From contig JAXGPA010000007.1 in NCBI GenBank assembly GCA_040767195.1, positions 1-64,000 of the forward strand: 64,000 bases of DNA. The letters are read 5' to 3'. The stretch comes from Syntrophales bacterium. GTDB lineage: Bacteria; Desulfobacterota; Syntrophia; Syntrophales; UBA6807. The translations under genes and the position numbers were made by a program. How positions within the stretch are numbered: position 1 is the stretch's first letter; every line of letters starts with the position of its first letter. Shown in pieces: positions 28,107 to 40,196 of this stretch. Under the pieces are notes generated by a model. The model was not told the DNA's origin, made no database searches, and saw only the letters and a program-made list of their open reading frames with translations.

Positions 28107-29348
28107 TTATCCATCCAGTTCGATCCGGTCCGTGGCGGCGTGGGTGATGGCGATCATGAGGGTCAGGTATTCCCGGAGGTGCCGGGTGATGAGGAAGTTC
28201 TCCCGGACGAAGGCCTTCGCCTTTTTTCCCATTTCCGCGAGCCTGTCCCGGTGCCGGAGCAGGTAGCGTATCCGGAGAGCGGCCCCCTCGGGCGTATTGA
28301 CGAGGAATCCCGTGTGGTGGTTGAAAACCTGGATCCTGATGCCCCCCGTGTCTCCGCCCAGGACGGGTTTTTCCTTCCACAGGGCTTCCGTCACGGTGAG
28401 GCCGAACCCTTCCCGGAGCGATTTCTGAAGCACCACGTGGGAAATCCGCTGGAGGGCATTGATGGACCGATGGGCATCGGGGGGAAGGAGAAGGATGTGG
28501 ATATCGGGGTCCTCTCCCTGGGCGGCCTGGACCTCCGCCAGGACCTCCGCCCCTTCCGGATCGTCGGAAGCCCCGCTTCCCGCCAGGACAAGCTGAAGGG
28601 GCGTGAAGGCCCTGGCCAGCCGGTAGGCTTCGATCACGCCCAGGGGGTCCTTGAACCGGTCGAACCGGGACACCTGGGTGATGATCGGCCGGTCGGGATC
28701 GAGCCCCCATTTCTCATGGGTCGCCGCCAGTTCCAGGGGGTCCAGGTCCCTGTTCTTTTCGCTCAGGGGGTCGATGCTCGGCGGAATGAGGTACATGGGG
28801 TGCGGGAGAACCTGGGCGAAGGACGAAAGGGACCAGATGCTGGCATCGTAGGGTGACACGAAATCCCTCAGGTATTTCCAGACGGGCCGGTAGGGGTGGC
28901 TCACGTCGATGTGGCACCGCCAGATCCATTTTCCCCGGCGCCTGTCGCAGTAGCGCAGCAGGGGGGCCGGCTGGGGGTCGTGGATGAAAACGACGTCCGC
29001 TTCTTTCAGGACGTCCTCGAGACGCTCGAAATTGTGCCTGTTCGTTTCCTCGTAATTTTTGAGAAGGGCTTTCGACAGGGAGACACGGTTTCCCTGGAGG
29101 GTGTTGTGCATTTTTTTGGTGCATTCAAAAAAATCGGGGTTTCCGCCGATCACCTCCCACGCCACGTCCAGTCCCAGGGACTGTTTCAGGGGAACGAGGC
29201 ACTGGAGGATTTCCGCCACACCCCCTCCTTCCCGGGTGGAATTCACGTGGACCACCCGGAGGCCCCGAAGGGGCCGGGCCAGCTGCCTCAAATGATGAAT
29301 TACCGCGTCCCCCACGATGGGCCGGTATCTCTCCAGATATTCTTCCAT
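28107..29348 (-). CDS. treT: Trehalose glycosyltransferring synthase TreT-like (GT4)
   Basis: 'NSTREGGGVAEIL', 'IHDPQP', 'WRCHID', 'SRFDRFKDP', 'EGFGLTVTEALWK'. Confidence 0.9.
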   Translation of the reverse strand: MEEYLERYRPIVGDAVIHHLRQLARPLRGLRVVHVNSTREGGGVAEILQCLVPLKQSLGLDVAWEVIGGNPDFFECTKKMHNTLQGNRVSLSKALLKNYEETNRHNFERLEDVLKEADVVFIHDPQPAPLLRYCDRRRGKWIWRCHIDVSHPYRPVWKYLRDFVSPYDASIWSLSSFAQVLPHPMYLIPPSIDPLSEKNRDLDPLELAATHEKWGLDPDRPIITQVSRFDRFKDPLGVIEAYRLARAFTPLQLVLAGSGASDDPEGAEVLAEVQAAQGEDPDIHILLLPPDAHRSINALQRISHVVLQKSLREGFGLTVTEALWKEKPVLGGDTGGIRIQVFNHHTGFLVNTPEGAALRIRYLLRHRDRLAEMGKKAKAFVRENFLITRHLREYLTLMIAITHAATDRIELDG

Positions 29349-29404
29349 GATCCGTCCTTGGTAAGGCCGCCGCCAACCCTCTGATGCCGGGCTGACGGAA
29401 GCCG

Positions 29405-30058
29405 TCATTCCTTAAAATACAGGTCCAGGATGCCTGTCAGCTCTTTCCGCAGTTCTTCCAGGGTGGTGAAGTAGGGATCGATGGCCCTGATGGGGAGAAC
29501 GAGATCGCCGTGGACGTCTTCGAACGTTTCGAGCCACGCCGAGAAATCGTCCTGCTTGTAGGGAGGCCTTCTTCGGGCGTCGATGAAGTGGTAGAAAATG
29601 GTTCCGGAAGAAAAGGACGGCATCCGGTCCCGGAGCTCCCGGGGGTCCCGGACCGCCATGTTCGTGTTGAAGACCACGATCTGGGAACGGATGAAGTGAA
29701 ACTGCTGGTCCGTTTCCACCCAGGGGGGGAAGTCCAGCTCGTCGAGCCTCTCGTCCACCACATCTAGGACGTCCCGTCTCAGGTCCTCCAGGTCTTCGAA
29801 ATCCATGGGGTTGATGATGGCCAGGCGTTCCGCCAGTCTCTTGTCGTGAAGGCTGTGCTGGGCCCAGGAAGCGAAGTCGTTGGGGAACTCGGGGTCGTCG
29901 AACTTGGCCCGGAGAAGCCCGCCCCAGAAATGATAATAGATGCAGGCCGGGGGGGCTTCTCGGATCCGGTTCTGCAGTTCCCGGAGGTTCTGGGCCCGGA
30001 GCCCCGTGGCGAGGGGGATGAGGGCGCAGTCCCTGACGATGAAAGGTTTTGTTTCCAT
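29405..30058 (-). CDS. DUF5752 family protein
   Basis: Internal duplication 'IYYHF...NDFASW...LAERLA' / 'IFYHFIDAR...DDFSAW'; usual position upstream of treT. Confidence 0.8.
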   Translation of the reverse strand: METKPFIVRDCALIPLATGLRAQNLRELQNRIREAPPACIYYHFWGGLLRAKFDDPEFPNDFASWAQHSLHDKRLAERLAIINPMDFEDLEDLRRDVLDVVDERLDELDFPPWVETDQQFHFIRSQIVVFNTNMAVRDPRELRDRMPSFSSGTIFYHFIDARRRPPYKQDDFSAWLETFEDVHGDLVLPIRAIDPYFTTLEELRKELTGILDLYFKE

Positions 30059-30190
30059 GATCTGACGTTGCCTCGTCGTTAAGGCCCCTGTGTGAGTGCC
30101 GATTTTTACCCGATGTGACCGACCGTGCGGGGCCGAGAGATAAAATTGTGAAGTGTTGCCTTATTTTAGCATCTTCCTCTTCAATGTCAA

Positions 30191-30243
30191 GGCAGCGGAC
30201 AACAGGCAGCGGACACGGGCAGCGGCCGCAGCGGCAGCGGCAG
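30191..30243. repeat. Short imperfect tandem repeat (GCAGCGG x5)
   Basis: GCAGCGG starts at 30192, 30206, 30219, 30228 and 30234 between hypE and DUF5752. Confidence 0.7.
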
Positions 30244-30324
30244 GTCACCGCCCCGGGGCGGAGCGTTGACGAGCAAAGATGTCCCGTGGAGAAAAGGTTT
30301 TTCAATGACGGCCGGGAAGAGGGA

Positions 30325-31335
30325 TCAGCAGATCCGGGGCACCAGCTCTCCCGTGGGGAGATCGATCACCCGGGACCCGCCGAAGGTGTTGGTCAGGACG
30401 AGCCGCCCCGTGCCTTTCTCGAGGACCCGGCCGATGATGGCGCCGTCCTTCCCGAGGGGGTGATCTTTCATGGCTCCCAGTATCGCCGGGGCGTCCTGCT
30501 CCGGGCAGAAAAGGACCAGCTTCCCCTCGTTGGCGAGGAAGAGCGCTTCGAGGCCCGTGATCTCGCAGACGCCCCGCACCTCTTCCCGGATCGGGATGTC
30601 TTTCTCCTCCACGGCCATGTCAAGCCCCGACCGGCCGGCCATCTCGGCGAGAATTCCCCCGAGCCCGCCCCGGGTGGCGTCCCGCATGGCGTGAACGCGG
30701 GGCGAGGCTTCAAGGAGGGATTCCACGAGCCCGTTCAGGGGGGCCGAGTCGGATTCCAGGGTCGTCGAGAGGGCCAGGCTTTCCCGGCTGGACAAAATGG
30801 CGGCCCCGTGGTCCCCGATGAACCCGCTCACCAGGATGGCGTCGCCGGGACGGATGCTCGAGACGGACAGGGGTGGGGGATATCTTATTTCGCCGATCCC
30901 GGCGGTGTTGATGAAGAGCCCGTCGGCGGCGCCCCGGGGAACCACCTTGGTGTCCCCCGTGGCGATGAAGACGCCGGCGTCCCGTGCCGCCCGGCCGAGG
31001 GAGCGCACGATGCGGGACAGGTCTTCCGTGGGGAACCCCTCCTCGAGGACGAAGGCGGCGCTGAGAAAAAGGGGCTTCCCCCCGGCCACGGCGAGATCGT
31101 TGACGGTCCCGTGAACGGCCAGCGACCCGATGTCCCCGCCGGGAAAGAAGAGGGGGTTCACGACGTAGGTGTCCGTGGTGAAGCACAGGCGGGTCCCGCT
31201 GAACTCGAAGACGGCGCTGTCCTCGAGCCGGTCGAGGCAGGGGTTTGTGAGCAGTGGGAGAAAGAATTCCGTGACAAGTTCGTTCGAAAGAAGACCGCCG
31301 CTGCCGTGCTCCAGGAGAATCCGGTCGTATTTCAT
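30325..31335 (-). CDS. hypE: Hydrogenase maturation protein HypE
   Basis: 'HGSGG', 'PGGDIGSLAVHGTVNDLA', 'MRDATRGG', C-terminal PRIC. Confidence 0.96.
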   Translation of the reverse strand: MKYDRILLEHGSGGLLSNELVTEFFLPLLTNPCLDRLEDSAVFEFSGTRLCFTTDTYVVNPLFFPGGDIGSLAVHGTVNDLAVAGGKPLFLSAAFVLEEGFPTEDLSRIVRSLGRAARDAGVFIATGDTKVVPRGAADGLFINTAGIGEIRYPPPLSVSSIRPGDAILVSGFIGDHGAAILSSRESLALSTTLESDSAPLNGLVESLLEASPRVHAMRDATRGGLGGILAEMAGRSGLDMAVEEKDIPIREEVRGVCEITGLEALFLANEGKLVLFCPEQDAPAILGAMKDHPLGKDGAIIGRVLEKGTGRLVLTNTFGGSRVIDLPTGELVPRIC

Positions 31336-31357
31336 GGGGTTCCCTTTCCTGGTTAAT

Positions 31358-33656
<2,299 letters not shown>

Positions 33657-33664
<8 letters not shown>

Positions 33665-34319
33665 TCCGGAAGGCGTCCGCCTGCATTCCGATCCAGCGGG
33701 TCCATCCATGGAGGCCTTCCCCCGTTTTGCAGGAAACCGGAAAAATCTCCAGTTTCGGGTTCAAGGTGAGGGCGTCTTTCCGGGCCTTCTCCATGTCGAA
33801 ATCCACGTAGGGGAGGAGGTCCGTCTTGTTGATGATCATGGCCGACGACTCCTGGAACATGAGAGGGTACTTGGCGGGCTTGTCCGAGCCCTCGGGCGTG
33901 CTGAGAACCATGACCTTGGCGTTTTCGCCGATGCGGAACTCGGCGGGACAGACCAGGTTTCCGACGTTTTCGCAGATGAGGAGGTCCGTTTCGTCGAGGT
34001 CCAGGGCGGGGAGGGCTTCCCGGATCATGTTGCCGTCGATGTGACAGGCGCCGCCCGTGTTGATCTGGACGACGGGAATGCCGTGGCGGGCCACCCGGTC
34101 GGCGTCGAAGGTGTCCTGGATGTCCCCCTCGATGACGGCGATGCGGAACCGGTCCCTGAGGGCCTCGATGGTCCGCTCCACCAGGGTGGTCTTGCCCGCC
34201 CCGGGCGAACTCATGAGGTTGAAAACGTAGATGTTCTTTTCGTCGAAAAGCTTCCGGTTTTCCCGGGCGATCCGGTCGTTGACGTCGAGAATGTTCTTGA
34301 CGACCTGTATGGTTTTCAA
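33657..34319 (-). CDS. hypB: Ni-insertion GTPase HypB
   Basis: SSPGAGKTT, 'GACH', 'ENVGNLVCPA', NKTD; TTG start overlapping the hypD stop. Confidence 0.95.
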
Positions 34320-35446
34320 GGTGAAACCTCCCGTGAGTCTGTATTTCTGTTTTCAAGATCGTATCTGTAAAAAGCCGCGCAGGTTCCCTCCGAGGACACC
34401 ATGCAGGGTCCCAGGGGACTGCTGGGGGTGCAGCGGGTCCGGAAATGGGGGCACCGCGACGGCTCCATCACACCCCGGAGAACGGCGCCGCAGGAACAGC
34501 CCTTGATTTCCGCCGACGGCATGTCGGGAAAGGAGAAGCGCCGGGCGGCATCCCAGGCACTGTAAGGTTCCCCGATGAAAAGGCCGCTGTCGGCCATGTC
34601 GCCGAGGCCCCGCCACCGGGAAGGCCCGGCCCGGAACACCTTTTCCAGGACGGCCAGGGCCCGGGGGTTTCCCCCGGGGTTCACGGCACGGGTATACTGG
34701 ATCTCCACCCGCCTTACCCCCTTTTCGATCTGCCGGAGAACCATGAGGAGGCCCTCCAGGATATCCACGGGCTCGAATCCCGTGATGACGGCGCAGGCCC
34801 CCGCTTTTTCCGGGAGAAACCCGTAGGGGCCGCTTCCGATGATGGTGCTCACGTGGCCGGGACAGAGGAAGCCGTCGAGATTCAGGGACCGGTCCTCCAC
34901 GAGGGCCTTCATGGCCGGCGGGATGACCTTGTGGGTCGAAAGGACGGTCAGGTTCTCCAGGTTCCGGTCCCGGGCCCGGATGAGGAGGGACGCCGTCGCC
35001 GGGGCCGTCGTCTCGAAGCCGATGGCCATGAAAACCACCTGCCTCTCCGGGTGTCCTTCCGCCAGGGCGAGAACATCCAGGGGGGAAAGGACAACGCGGA
35101 CATCCGCCCCGTCCGCCCGGAGTTTCTGAAGGGTCCGGCCCCCGGTGCCCGGCACCCGGAGCATGTCTCCGAAGGTGGCGAAGAGAACCCCGGTCCGTCC
35201 CGCCAGGTGGAGGGCCCTGTCCACGTCCTCCATGGCGGTGACGCACACAGGGCACCCGGGACCGGAGATGAGGCGGATTTCACGGGGCAGAAGTCTCCGG
35301 AGGCCGTAACGGCCGATGGCCATGGTGTGGGTTCCGCAGACCTCCATGACGGACACGGGCCTTCCGATTCTCCCGCAGGTCTTTTCGATGCCTTCCAGGA
35401 GCCCCAGGACGAGGTCCGGGTCCCGGTACGGGTCAATAAATTTCAT
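34316..35446 (-). CDS. hypD: Hydrogenase maturation protein HypD
   Basis: 'MEVCGTHT', 'GPGCPVC', 'GFETT', 'PGHVS', 'CMVSSEGTCAA'. Confidence 0.96.
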   Translation of the reverse strand: MKFIDPYRDPDLVLGLLEGIEKTCGRIGRPVSVMEVCGTHTMAIGRYGLRRLLPREIRLISGPGCPVCVTAMEDVDRALHLAGRTGVLFATFGDMLRVPGTGGRTLQKLRADGADVRVVLSPLDVLALAEGHPERQVVFMAIGFETTAPATASLLIRARDRNLENLTVLSTHKVIPPAMKALVEDRSLNLDGFLCPGHVSTIIGSGPYGFLPEKAGACAVITGFEPVDILEGLLMVLRQIEKGVRRVEIQYTRAVNPGGNPRALAVLEKVFRAGPSRWRGLGDMADSGLFIGEPYSAWDAARRFSFPDMPSAEIKGCSCGAVLRGVMEPSRCPHFRTRCTPSSPLGPCMVSSEGTCAAFYRYDLENRNTDSREVSP

Positions 35447-35660
35447 TTTTGATGAGTTCCCTGAGAAAGTCGAGTTTCTCCAGGGCGACGGACTCGTCCA
35501 TCCTGTGAATGGCGTAACCGGCATGACAGAGGACATAGTCGCCAACGGCGACGTCTTCGTCCACGAGGTCGAGACAGGCCTCCCGCCGGACGCCGTTGAC
35601 CTCGATGACGGCGAAATTGTCCTCCACCGTCAGAATTTTTCCGGGAAACCCGATACACAT
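35433..35660 (-). CDS. hypC: Hydrogenase chaperone HypC
   Basis: MCxxxP start (MCIGFPG), 'GDYVLCHAGYAI'. Confidence 0.92.
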   Translation of the reverse strand: MCIGFPGKILTVEDNFAVIEVNGVRREACLDLVDEDVAVGDYVLCHAGYAIHRMDESVALEKLDFLRELIKNEIY

Positions 35661-35670
35661 GGCTTTGCTC

Positions 35671-36012
35671 CTAGTCAACGTCCATTTCCAGAAACCGAAG
35701 CTCTTCTTTTCCCCCCGTCACGAGGACATCCCCGCCACACCGGGGGCAGTTCGCGGAGAAAAAGTCCACGGGACTGTCCTCGCCGCAGTCGAGGCAGGAG
35801 AGGACGATGGGGAGCATGTCGAATTCCAGGGCCGCCCCCTCGGCCACCGTTCCCCGGGCGGCGACCTCGAAGGCGAAGCGAAGGGCCGCCGGTTCGATGC
35901 CGCCGAGGCGGCCGAAGGAGAGGCGGACCGTGCTCACCTTCTGGAAGTTCCCGCCGTCCCGGTATTCTTCGATGATGTCCAGCAGGGACTGGACCAGGGA
36001 AAGTTCATGCAT
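35671..36012 (-). CDS. hypA: Ni metallochaperone HypA
   Basis: MHELS start, CxxC...CPxC, 'GKEEL'. Confidence 0.94.
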   Translation of the reverse strand: MHELSLVQSLLDIIEEYRDGGNFQKVSTVRLSFGRLGGIEPAALRFAFEVAARGTVAEGAALEFDMLPIVLSCLDCGEDSPVDFFSANCPRCGGDVLVTGGKEELRFLEMDVD

Positions 36013-36496
36013 GGCGCCTTTTCTCCATGAGGATTCCCCGTGCCTCCAGTTCATCCAGGAGGAGCCTCTCCAGGAGGGGAAACTTCTCCGCCATGAGGGG
36101 GGTCATTTCGAGATCCAGGGTCCCCCAGGCCTTCGGGACGACGCACAGGAAGGAGACTTCCGGGGCCTCGCCCATGAGGTCGGCCTGGCACAGGACATGG
36201 GCGAACTCGACCTCGTGGGCCGAGGTGGGCGGCGGCATGTACAGGTTCATTTCCTCCCGGCCGAAGCGATAAACGGAACCCGGTTCGTCGTCCACCTTGA
36301 TGGCGTCGATGACGATGGCTTTCTCGCACTCCGTGAGCAAGGGCAGGAGGCCGTAGCCGAGGGTGCCGCCGTCGACGATCTCCGCCTCCGGGGGAAGACG
36401 GTGCCGTTTTTCGAACCACCGGACGAAATGCACGCCGAACCCCTCGTCTCCGAGAAGAATGTTTCCCAACCCCAGGACGACCAGCTTTTTCTTCAA
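36005..36496 (-). CDS. Hydrogenase maturation endopeptidase (HyaD/HybD family)
   Basis: 'VLGLGNILLGDEGFGV', 'DGGTLG', 'SAHE'. Confidence 0.93.
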   Translation of the reverse strand: MKKKLVVLGLGNILLGDEGFGVHFVRWFEKRHRLPPEAEIVDGGTLGYGLLPLLTECEKAIVIDAIKVDDEPGSVYRFGREEMNLYMPPPTSAHEVEFAHVLCQADLMGEAPEVSFLCVVPKAWGTLDLEMTPLMAEKFPLLERLLLDELEARGILMEKRRHA

Positions 36497-36518
36497 AAAA
36501 GACCTTCCTTCGACAAAG

Positions 36519-36545
36519 AGGGGGGACGCCTGGTCCCCCCCCTCC
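36519..36545 (-). terminator. Stem-loop between the cytochrome b gene and the maturation protease gene
   Basis: GGGGGGAC-N5-GTCCCCCC inverted repeat followed by CTCTTT on the minus strand; a second IR (TCGATTCA...TGAATCGA) lies at about 36559-36588. Confidence 0.45.
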
Positions 36546-36604
36546 TCAATTCAGTCAATCGATTCAGCGGCCCCGGTCGATGAATCGATCCTTTCAATAG
36601 CGGG

Positions 36605-37273
36605 TCAATCGTGGGCTTTTCGGAAAAGCCGCCCGCTGATCATGGAGGAAATGGTTCCCTCTTTGAATATCACATCATACCAGAAAGCCATGTAAACGTG
36701 AACCACGATGAAGAGAATGAAAAACCAGGTGAGGATGTGGTGGATCCACCGGACCATGGCCAGGCCCCCCATCAGGTTCTCCGCGGGTTTCAGGAGGAAG
36801 TAGACGACGGCGGTCAGCCCGGCGTCATATCCCGCGCCCATGAGGATGAGCCCCGTGAGGCAGATGACAAAAATCATGAAAATAAGACCGCCGTAAGCCA
36901 GCGACTGGAGCGGTCCATAAAGGTGGGTGTGCTCCGGCGGCTCTTTCGAGATGTGAAGATAGAACTTGAGCTGCTTCCAGAAATTCCGGAAGTTCGTCCA
37001 GGCGAAAAAGTCTTTCCAGTCGGCGCGGAAGCTGGAGAAGAAGGCGAGGTAGACCCGCCACAGGAAGAGGAAAACGAGAAACACGCCGAAGAGGATGTGG
37101 ACGAACCGCATGTCTCCCATGAAGAACTTCTCCGTCGTCTCTCCCGATGACAGGGTGAACGGGTCGGCGATGTAGAAGCCCGTCACGATCAGGACGATGA
37201 TGGAAATCAGCATGGCCCAGTGGTTGAGCCGGATAGGGACCGACCATTCCTGCTTTGGGGTGATCTTTTCCAC
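36605..37273 (-). CDS. Ni/Fe-hydrogenase b-type cytochrome subunit
   Basis: 'IRLNHW', 'RFVH', 'GPLQSLAY', 'RWIHH...VHVY' heme His residues; GTG start after AGGAAGGAGG. Confidence 0.93.
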   Translation of the reverse strand: MEKITPKQEWSVPIRLNHWAMLISIIVLIVTGFYIADPFTLSSGETTEKFFMGDMRFVHILFGVFLVFLFLWRVYLAFFSSFRADWKDFFAWTNFRNFWKQLKFYLHISKEPPEHTHLYGPLQSLAYGGLIFMIFVICLTGLILMGAGYDAGLTAVVYFLLKPAENLMGGLAMVRWIHHILTWFFILFIVVHVYMAFWYDVIFKEGTISSMISGRLFRKAHD

Positions 37274-37287
37274 GGTGTCCTCCTTCC

Positions 37288-38961
37288 TCAGGCCACTTTG
37301 AACTTTCGGACCTCGCTCGTCCGGGGGTCGATGATGTGGACGGCGCAGGCCATGCAGGGGTCGAAGGAGTGGATGGTCCTCAGGATTTCCAGGGGCTGGT
37401 CGGCGTCGGCCAGCTTCGTCCCGATGAGGGACTCCTCGTAGGGGCCCCGCTTGCCTTCCATTCCCCTGGGGGAGCAGTTCCACGTGGAGGGCACGACGGC
37501 CTGGTAATTGGAGACGACCCGGTTGTCGATCCTGATCCAGTGCCCCAGGGCGCCCCGGGGAACCTCGTTCAGGCCCCGGCCCTGGCCTTTCTTCGGCGGT
37601 TCGCACCGTGTCCAGGTCCGGGTGTCGCCGGCCTTGATGTTGGCGACCAGCTCGTTCACCCAGTTGGCGATTTCGTCACCCACGAGCTTCGTTTCCAGGG
37701 CCCGGGCGGCCGTCCGGCCGAGGGTGGAGAAGAGGACCGTCACGGGCACGTCCGCCGCCTTGAGGGTGGAATCGACGAGATGCCTGATTTTTTCATTCCC
37801 CTGGGCGTAGCCCACGATGAACCGGGCGAGCGGGCCCACCTCGTAGGGCTCCCCGTCGTACCGGGGGGCCTTGCACCAGGTGTACTTGCCGTCTCCGTTC
37901 ACGTGGCCGTCGGCGGTGAAGCCCGTGTATTCCGGGTCGGTCTTCCCGTCGTAGGGGTGGAGATTGTCCTCGCCCTCGTACCAGGCGTGGGTCACGTCCT
38001 CGGTGATCTTCGTCTCGTCCAGGGGCAGGGGGTTGGCGATGTCCCGGTTTTTCACGACCCCCTTGGGGAGGAGCGTGGCATTCCAGTCGTCGTCCAGGGG
38101 GAACCCGCCGTAGCACAGGTAGTTGGGGACACCGGCGCCGATTCCCGCCGCCCCCTCGTCCTTGTAGTACGTGGCGGCGATCATCACGTCGGGCAGGAGG
38201 GCCGTTTCGGTGAAATGGTTCACCTCTTTCAGCCGGAAGAGATAGTCGGCGATCCGGCTGGCGTCGAGGGCGTCCATGACCGAGGTGATCCCGCCGACGA
38301 CGAGGCTCTGGGGGTGGGGGTTCTTCCCGCCGAAGATGGCCTGCATCTGGGCCCCCACCTTGGAGATCTTCAGGGCGTCCAGGTAGTGGGACGTGATGAC
38401 CAGGTTCGCCTCCGGGGGGAGCTTGAAGGAGGGGTTGCCCCAGTAAGCATTGGCGAAGGGGCCCAGCCGGCCGGACGCGACGAACCGTTTCAGACGGTCC
38501 TGGACGGCCCGGTAATGGCCCTCGGAGCAGTTGTAGGGATTGGGGGAGTAGGCCATGGCCAGGTCCACCGCCTTTTTCGGGTCCGCCGAAAGGGCGCTCA
38601 CGATGTCCACCCAGTCGAGGCCGTGGAGGTGGTAGAAATGCATGATGTGGTCCGTCAGGTACTGGGAGCCTTTCATGAGGTTCCGGACGAGCCGGGCGTT
38701 TTTCGGCGGACGGACCCTGAAGGCGTCCTCGCAGGCGAGGATGCTCGTTTCGTAGTGGGAATAGGTGCACACGCCGCAGAACCGCTGGACCATGAGGCCC
38801 ACGTCCCGGGGGTCGCGATTTTTCACGATCGTTTCGATGCCCCGCCAGAGGGTGATGCTGCTCCAGGCGTCCTTGATGACGTTATTGTCGTCGAGTTCGA
38901 CTTCGATTCTGAGATGTCCTTCGATCCGGGTGATGGGATCGATAATCATTCTGTTGCCCAT
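37288..38961 (-). CDS. Group 1 [NiFe]-hydrogenase large subunit
   Basis: 'DPITRIEGH', L1 'QRFCGVC', L2 'FDPCMACAVH' plus cleavable C-terminal tail. Confidence 0.97.
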   Translation of the reverse strand: MGNRMIIDPITRIEGHLRIEVELDDNNVIKDAWSSITLWRGIETIVKNRDPRDVGLMVQRFCGVCTYSHYETSILACEDAFRVRPPKNARLVRNLMKGSQYLTDHIMHFYHLHGLDWVDIVSALSADPKKAVDLAMAYSPNPYNCSEGHYRAVQDRLKRFVASGRLGPFANAYWGNPSFKLPPEANLVITSHYLDALKISKVGAQMQAIFGGKNPHPQSLVVGGITSVMDALDASRIADYLFRLKEVNHFTETALLPDVMIAATYYKDEGAAGIGAGVPNYLCYGGFPLDDDWNATLLPKGVVKNRDIANPLPLDETKITEDVTHAWYEGEDNLHPYDGKTDPEYTGFTADGHVNGDGKYTWCKAPRYDGEPYEVGPLARFIVGYAQGNEKIRHLVDSTLKAADVPVTVLFSTLGRTAARALETKLVGDEIANWVNELVANIKAGDTRTWTRCEPPKKGQGRGLNEVPRGALGHWIRIDNRVVSNYQAVVPSTWNCSPRGMEGKRGPYEESLIGTKLADADQPLEILRTIHSFDPCMACAVHIIDPRTSEVRKFKVA

Positions 38962-39005
38962 GCTGTTCCTCCTGGGAATTCATTTGCGCTTTCCGCTTCG
39001 TCGGT

Positions 39006-40196
39006 TTATTTCGATTCCTTTTCCCGCTCCTCGCGGTGACGGATGGCCGTCAGGCCGGCGTGGGCGGCGATACCGGCGACGGTAAGGCCCGTCAGGGCGA
39101 TGCCGATGCTGTCCACGGTGCTTTCACCACCGCCGACGGTCTTGTCGGCGATGGGCTTTTCCAGGGGAGCCATGGTGTCCCAGAACCCCGGTTCGGTGCA
39201 GCCCATGCAGCCGTGCCCGGCCATGATGGGCCACGAAACGGCGTCATTGAAGCGGACCTTGCCGCAGTTGGCGTAGGTGTAAGGCCCCTTGCACCCCACC
39301 TTGTACAGGCACCAGCCTTTTTTGGCCGCCTCGTCGCCCCACTCTTCGACATATTCGCCGGCGTCGAAGTGAGGCCGTCTCTCGCAGTAGTCGTGAATCC
39401 GCTTCCCGTAGGCCCAGACCGGCCGTCCCAGGGAGTCCAGGGCGGGCATGGCGCCGAACATGAGGAAATGAAGGACCGTTCCCACGAAGTTGATGGGGTT
39501 GGGCGGGCAGCCGGCGATGTTGACCGTCTGGATGCCCAGGGCGCCGCTGATACTCGAAGCATCCGTGGGGTTCGGCTTCGCCGCCTGGACGTTGCCGAAG
39601 GCGGAGCAGCTGCCGATGCAGATGACGGCCCCTGCCTTGGACGTCACTTCCTTGGCCACCTGGATCCCTGTTTTCCCCTTGGCGCCGAGGGTCAGATATT
39701 TTCCGTGAAGGCCTATGGGCAGGGCGCCCTCGATGACGCAGACGAATTTCCCGGCGAAATCGTGGAGGGCCTTCTCCAGGTTTTCCTCCGCCTGGTGGCC
39801 TGCGGCGGCCATGAGGGTCTCGTGGTATTCCAGGGATATGGTGTCAAGGAGAATGTCGTCCACGCCGGGATAGGAGGACCGGAGAAGGGCCTCGCTGCAA
39901 CCGGTGCACTCGGCGAAATGAAGCCAGACCACGGGCAGGCGGCTGAAGCTTTCGGCGGCCCTGGCCACCATGGGCCGGAACATGGGCGGAAGCATGAGGG
40001 CCCCCGTCATCATGGTGGTCCACTTGAGAAAACTCCTCCGGCTGATGCCTCTTTCCCTGAGGAGGGTCTGGAAGTCCACGACAGGTTCCGGCAGGGCCCG
40101 GTCCATCTCCTCCAGGTGGCCCTTGCACTGGGCCAGGAGTTCCCGGTACTGCCGTTCCACGGTCTTCTGGTAATCGGCCTTTTTCGAAATACCCAT
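39006..40196 (-). CDS. Group 1 [NiFe]-hydrogenase small subunit (Tat signal, C-terminal TM anchor)
   Basis: SRRSFLK Tat motif, 'AECTGCSE', 'GCPP', 'HDYCERR', 'CLYKVGCKGP', 'HGCMGC', TM tail. Confidence 0.97.
   Translation of the reverse strand: MGISKKADYQKTVERQYRELLAQCKGHLEEMDRALPEPVVDFQTLLRERGISRRSFLKWTTMMTGALMLPPMFRPMVARAAESFSRLPVVWLHFAECTGCSEALLRSSYPGVDDILLDTISLEYHETLMAAAGHQAEENLEKALHDFAGKFVCVIEGALPIGLHGKYLTLGAKGKTGIQVAKEVTSKAGAVICIGSCSAFGNVQAAKPNPTDASSISGALGIQTVNIAGCPPNPINFVGTVLHFLMFGAMPALDSLGRPVWAYGKRIHDYCERRPHFDAGEYVEEWGDEAAKKGWCLYKVGCKGPYTYANCGKVRFNDAVSWPIMAGHGCMGCTEPGFWDTMAPLEKPIADKTVGGGESTVDSIGIALTGLTVAGIAAHAGLTAIRHREEREKESK

Noticed and set aside
26614..28710. 698-aa OtsA with N-terminal extension
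   Set aside because: The extension overlaps treT in another frame; the RBS and homology start at 28089.
30191..30243. CRISPR-like array
   Set aside because: Units are 7 bp with 0-7 bp spacers and no cas genes are present; no CRISPR array was seen anywhere in the window.
37288..37370. Possible [NiFeSe] hydrogenase or selenocysteine recoding
   Set aside because: The C-terminal motif is DPCMAC with Cys codons and there is no in-frame TGA.
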